The notes below the pieces were generated by a model. The model searched no databases, was not told the DNA's origin, and saw only the letters and a program-made list of their open reading frames with translations. A stretch of 64,000 nucleotides of DNA from a virus (Duplodnaviria > Caudoviricetes), in the IMG/VR virus record IMGVR_UViG_3300028591_000096; one strand, given 5' to 3'. Of this stretch, positions 60,983-64,000 are shown piece by piece (positions within the stretch are counted from its first letter, which is position 1; every line of letters starts with the position of its first letter). Position numbers and translations under genes: made by a program.

Positions 60983-61272
60983 TGGGAAATATAGAAAATC
61001 CAACTATTAATTATGGTGCAGTGATTGACTCACCAAATATTGTATGTGAGTGCGGATGTAAAACATTCACACCAGCAGCAATCCTGAAGAAGGTATCAAA
61101 AATTGTCACAATGACTGGAAGAGATGAGATAGTAGATATTCCAGTTTATGTGTGTACTAAATGTGGGAAGATTCCTCAAGAATATATGGATAAAGGGAAT
61201 GCTTCAAGAATTCTTGGTGAATCAAACGACTCTTCTTATAATAAAGAACAAAGTTCAAGTTTAATAATTTAA
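60982..61272 (+). CDS. Small Zn-ribbon protein
   Basis: CECG...CTKCG. Confidence 0.65.
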   Translation: MGNIENPTINYGAVIDSPNIVCECGCKTFTPAAILKKVSKIVTMTGRDEIVDIPVYVCTKCGKIPQEYMDKGNASRILGESNDSSYNKEQSSSLII

Positions 61273-61283
61273 AATAATAAATA

Positions 61284-61751
61284 ATGAGATCAAAAACATC
61301 AGAATGGTTTGAGTGTAAAGTTCAGTATGAAAAAGTCATGGAAGATGGCATACAGAAAAAGGTGACTGAACTATATACAGTTGAAGCTTTATCTTTTACA
61401 GAGGCTGAGGCTAGAATTATTGAAGAAATGTCTGCCTATATTAATGGTGAATATGAAGTAAAGGATATCAAGAAAGCTAAATATAAGGAGATTTGGTTTT
61501 CAGATGATACAAATGCTGATAGATTTTATCAAGCAAAACTTCAATTCATAACAATTGATGAAAAAACAGAAAAGGAAAAGCGTTCAAATTTTGTATGTCT
61601 TGTACAAGCAGCAACATTAAATGGTGCAATAAAAGGAATAGATGAAGTTATGGGTGGAACTATGATTGATTATACAAGTGTAGAAGCTAAAGAGACAAAA
61701 ATTTTGGATGTTATTGAACATGTAGTTAAAAATAAAGAGGAAGCTGAATAA
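61284..61751 (+). CDS. DUF4494 family protein (Bacteroidota-type)
   Basis: WFECKVQYEK...QKKVTELYTVEALSFTEAEARIIEEM...ETKILDV. Confidence 0.85.
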   Translation: MRSKTSEWFECKVQYEKVMEDGIQKKVTELYTVEALSFTEAEARIIEEMSAYINGEYEVKDIKKAKYKEIWFSDDTNADRFYQAKLQFITIDEKTEKEKRSNFVCLVQAATLNGAIKGIDEVMGGTMIDYTSVEAKETKILDVIEHVVKNKEEAE

Positions 61752-61765
61752 TATCAGCTTCCTTT
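61738..61765 (+). terminator. Probable terminator hairpin
   Basis: AGGAAGCTGA-ATAATA-TCAGCTTCCT; short T run. Confidence 0.6.
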
Positions 61766-61781
61766 AAACACTTGATAATAT

Positions 61782-62153
61782 ATGCCATTTTCGTTTGATT
61801 TCAGTTTAGCTAATGGTGAATTGCACACTGTTGAGGTTTCCCCAAAAGGATGGATAGGACCAATAACAATTGAATATATAGTTGCTCAGGCACATCAATA
61901 TGATACTATGGCTTCAGTTGTTTGGAGAATAAAAGGTACAGAACACTGTTTTACCATTGTTGAGCAAAGATTAAATCATATTTCACATGGAAATTATAAG
62001 GCGCATTTTCAAGAAGCTCTGGAGAATTTTAGGATTGACTACCTTAACTGGTTCAAAGATGAAAGATACGCCGAATGTGAATGGAAGTATGAATATGAAC
62101 AACAGTATGGTAAACTCATCATACCAGATAAAGATAACGGAAGTAAAAGTTAA
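61782..62153 (+). CDS. Hypothetical protein
   Basis: 123-aa ORF in operon. Confidence 0.6.
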   Translation: MPFSFDFSLANGELHTVEVSPKGWIGPITIEYIVAQAHQYDTMASVVWRIKGTEHCFTIVEQRLNHISHGNYKAHFQEALENFRIDYLNWFKDERYAECEWKYEYEQQYGKLIIPDKDNGSKS

Positions 62154-62168
62154 GAATATATCAATAAA

Positions 62169-62978
62169 ATGAAAAAACAGAGAAGATATTTTCAATGGAT
62201 TGATGGTGAGATGAAAGGTGACATCGTTACTCTTGAAAGTATAGAAGAGTTTGAAGGTGAAACTTTTTATAATTTTGATGATGGTGAATCGTGCAATTTG
62301 AGGTTTATTTCTAAGATGACTAATTCACAAATAGATCTTAAAAATAAATTTATGGTTGAAATTGAATCTCCATCTAATCCGTGGACATTCGAAACTATAC
62401 AACCAAAAAAATACGTAGATGAATCAATGAAAGGTGAAGATGTTGATATACCATCTCTTCATGATATTCTACAAGCACATGGTGATACAGCAAATATTGA
62501 AAATTCTGATATAGGTACAGAAAAACTTGTTCCTCCGAGAAAGGAACAGAGGTTGATTGATCTTCCATCAGTTTCTGATTTCGCTGTTAAATCTGATCCT
62601 ATTATTCCGAAGTCTACAGATAGCAATAGTGTTGTTGAAATCAGTAAACAAGAAGATACTTCAACACAACAGACAACTCAACAAAATATTGTCTTGGGAC
62701 AAAAAGAAAATAAAGGAAATGAAACAGTCAATTCATTTGATCCAGTTAGAATTCTTGTTGATTCGTGTAAAAAACATGACACCCCTGTTGAGTTATCTTT
62801 GAATATGAAGATTCCATCTAAGTATATTGCTAATATAGCGTCATCTGAATTTGAAGATGGATTTGATAAGTTTATAGATTGCATAGTAAAAGATATAGAT
62901 ACACAACTTATCATATCTGAATTAAAAAAAGCATTAAAAACAGCATATTCTGAATCTATCATGGTCGATGAAAATTGA
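62169..62978 (+). CDS. Hypothetical protein
   Basis: 269-aa ORF in operon. Confidence 0.65.
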   Translation: MKKQRRYFQWIDGEMKGDIVTLESIEEFEGETFYNFDDGESCNLRFISKMTNSQIDLKNKFMVEIESPSNPWTFETIQPKKYVDESMKGEDVDIPSLHDILQAHGDTANIENSDIGTEKLVPPRKEQRLIDLPSVSDFAVKSDPIIPKSTDSNSVVEISKQEDTSTQQTTQQNIVLGQKENKGNETVNSFDPVRILVDSCKKHDTPVELSLNMKIPSKYIANIASSEFEDGFDKFIDCIVKDIDTQLIISELKKALKTAYSESIMVDEN

Positions 62979-63042
62979 TCATCATAAAAAATAAAAATAA
63001 ATAACCGTAAGAAACAATAAAAATTTTCACGGTAATTTATTT

Positions 63043-63543
63043 ATGAAATTTTACGCAACAATAGAGCCTTTAAGAAAGCTTAAGAATCTTTTCAGTAATC
63101 TCAGTTCATTTTACATTATAGATGTAGATACAATACTTAAAGAATCTGGTTTGAATCCAGATAAACCAACACACAAATATCTTATAAACACAGAGCTTGA
63201 AAGGCTTATTGTGTCTGGTGCAAAATCCAAACGATATATTGGTATGATCTACATTAATAGTAATTTGAATTGTGATACTATCGTTGCTATAAAGAACTCT
63301 ATAAATGTAATTACAAATTCTGTTATAGAAAGCTATGTTATTCTTGATGATTTTGACATACCTAAGGTAAACGATTATTATTCTTTGTTTGATGAGGTTG
63401 TTTTCTTCCCATCTCTTAGAAAGACAAAATTGATCGAGTGTGTTCCTAGAATAATACCGAAAATAAACAATCTTATTAATGATAAAGAAAATAAAAAATT
63501 GGCTGAAGAAAATATTCTTAAAGAAGAATCTGAAGCCAAATAA
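63043..63543 (+). CDS. Hypothetical protein
   Basis: 166-aa ORF. Confidence 0.6.
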   Translation: MKFYATIEPLRKLKNLFSNLSSFYIIDVDTILKESGLNPDKPTHKYLINTELERLIVSGAKSKRYIGMIYINSNLNCDTIVAIKNSINVITNSVIESYVILDDFDIPKVNDYYSLFDEVVFFPSLRKTKLIECVPRIIPKINNLINDKENKKLAEENILKEESEAK

Positions 63544-63667
63544 GAATCCTAAACAGACAGAGTTGGTTGCTGGAGGATTTATAAAAGCACCAGAACAATA
63601 TTGCGTAAAGATTAAGGGATTTAATAATAATGATACTAAAAAGAGGAAAGTGGAAAAACATAAGTAA
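63479..63667 (+). CDS. Small basic hypothetical protein (overlaps both neighbours)
   Basis: MIKKIKNWLKKIF amphipathic start; bridges the gap between flanking genes. Confidence 0.4.
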   Translation: MIKKIKNWLKKIFLKKNLKPNKNPKQTELVAGGFIKAPEQYCVKIKGFNNNDTKKRKVEKHK

Positions 63668-64000
63668 TCTTGACAAATACCAACAAATGCGAGACCATAT
63701 TAGAAACAGCTATAATGGTCTCGTTTTTGTCAGTGACGGTCATAGATATTACTATAATGGGAAGCAACTTGAAAGTGTTAGTAATATAACACATCTGTTT
63801 ACTCCTAAATTTGACGCAGAATTAAAATCAAAGGAGATGTATGAAAAATATTATAATGATCCTACATCAAAATATTATCATATGACTCAGGATCAGATTA
63901 TTGAACAATGGATTACAATAAAAGATACTGCGTGTGATAACGGAACAAATGTACATGAGTTCGGTGAAAGTTGTTTCTATTTTATGACTTATCAGGATGA
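63630..64000 (+). CDS. Partial PD-(D/E)XK exonuclease-like protein
   Basis: Manual translation: MILKRGKW...LVFVSDGHRYYYNGKQLESVSNITHLF...QW...ACDNGTNVHEFGE, typical N-terminus of phage PD-(D/E)XK nucleases; runs off window. Confidence 0.65.
   Translation, partial: MILKRGKWKNISNLDKYQQMRDHIRNSYNGLVFVSDGHRYYYNGKQLESVSNITHLFTPKFDAELKSKEMYEKYYNDPTSKYYHMTQDQIIEQWITIKDTACDNGTNVHEFGESCFYFMTYQD

Overview
This is a very AT-rich, densely coding 64-kb segment of a large T4-like (myovirus) jumbo phage, read in the standard genetic code. The host is most likely Bacteroidota (Prevotella/Bacteroides-like), judging from repeated TAnnTTTG promoters, a DUF4494 gene and a BACON domain. Structural genes (gp14-like neck, gp4, gp2, portal, sheath, tube, tape-measure-like, baseplate wedges, a long minus-strand tail/baseplate operon) are interleaved with replication, recombination and metabolic genes (UvsW, UvsX, UvsY, NAD ligase, DinG-like helicase, C-terminal PolB subunit, Dam, ThyX, GMP reductase, sigma factor, ribosomal S1-like protein, OFA-family transporter). 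Most notable: (1) A D-[S/A]-S tripeptide is strongly enriched in putative outer tail/baseplate/sheath proteins, and two phage glycosyltransferases sit next to that operon, suggesting a sequon-directed virion glycosylation system. (2) uvsX/recA is fractured by a naturally split intein. (3) An orphan TnpB omega-RNA-like mini-element lies at about 48.64-48.84 kb. (4) Three promoter classes can be read directly, including a fixed-spacing TTTAAT-N18-GTATAAT class. No tRNA, rRNA or CRISPR array was seen. All protein assignments come from motif recognition by eye, not database searches.
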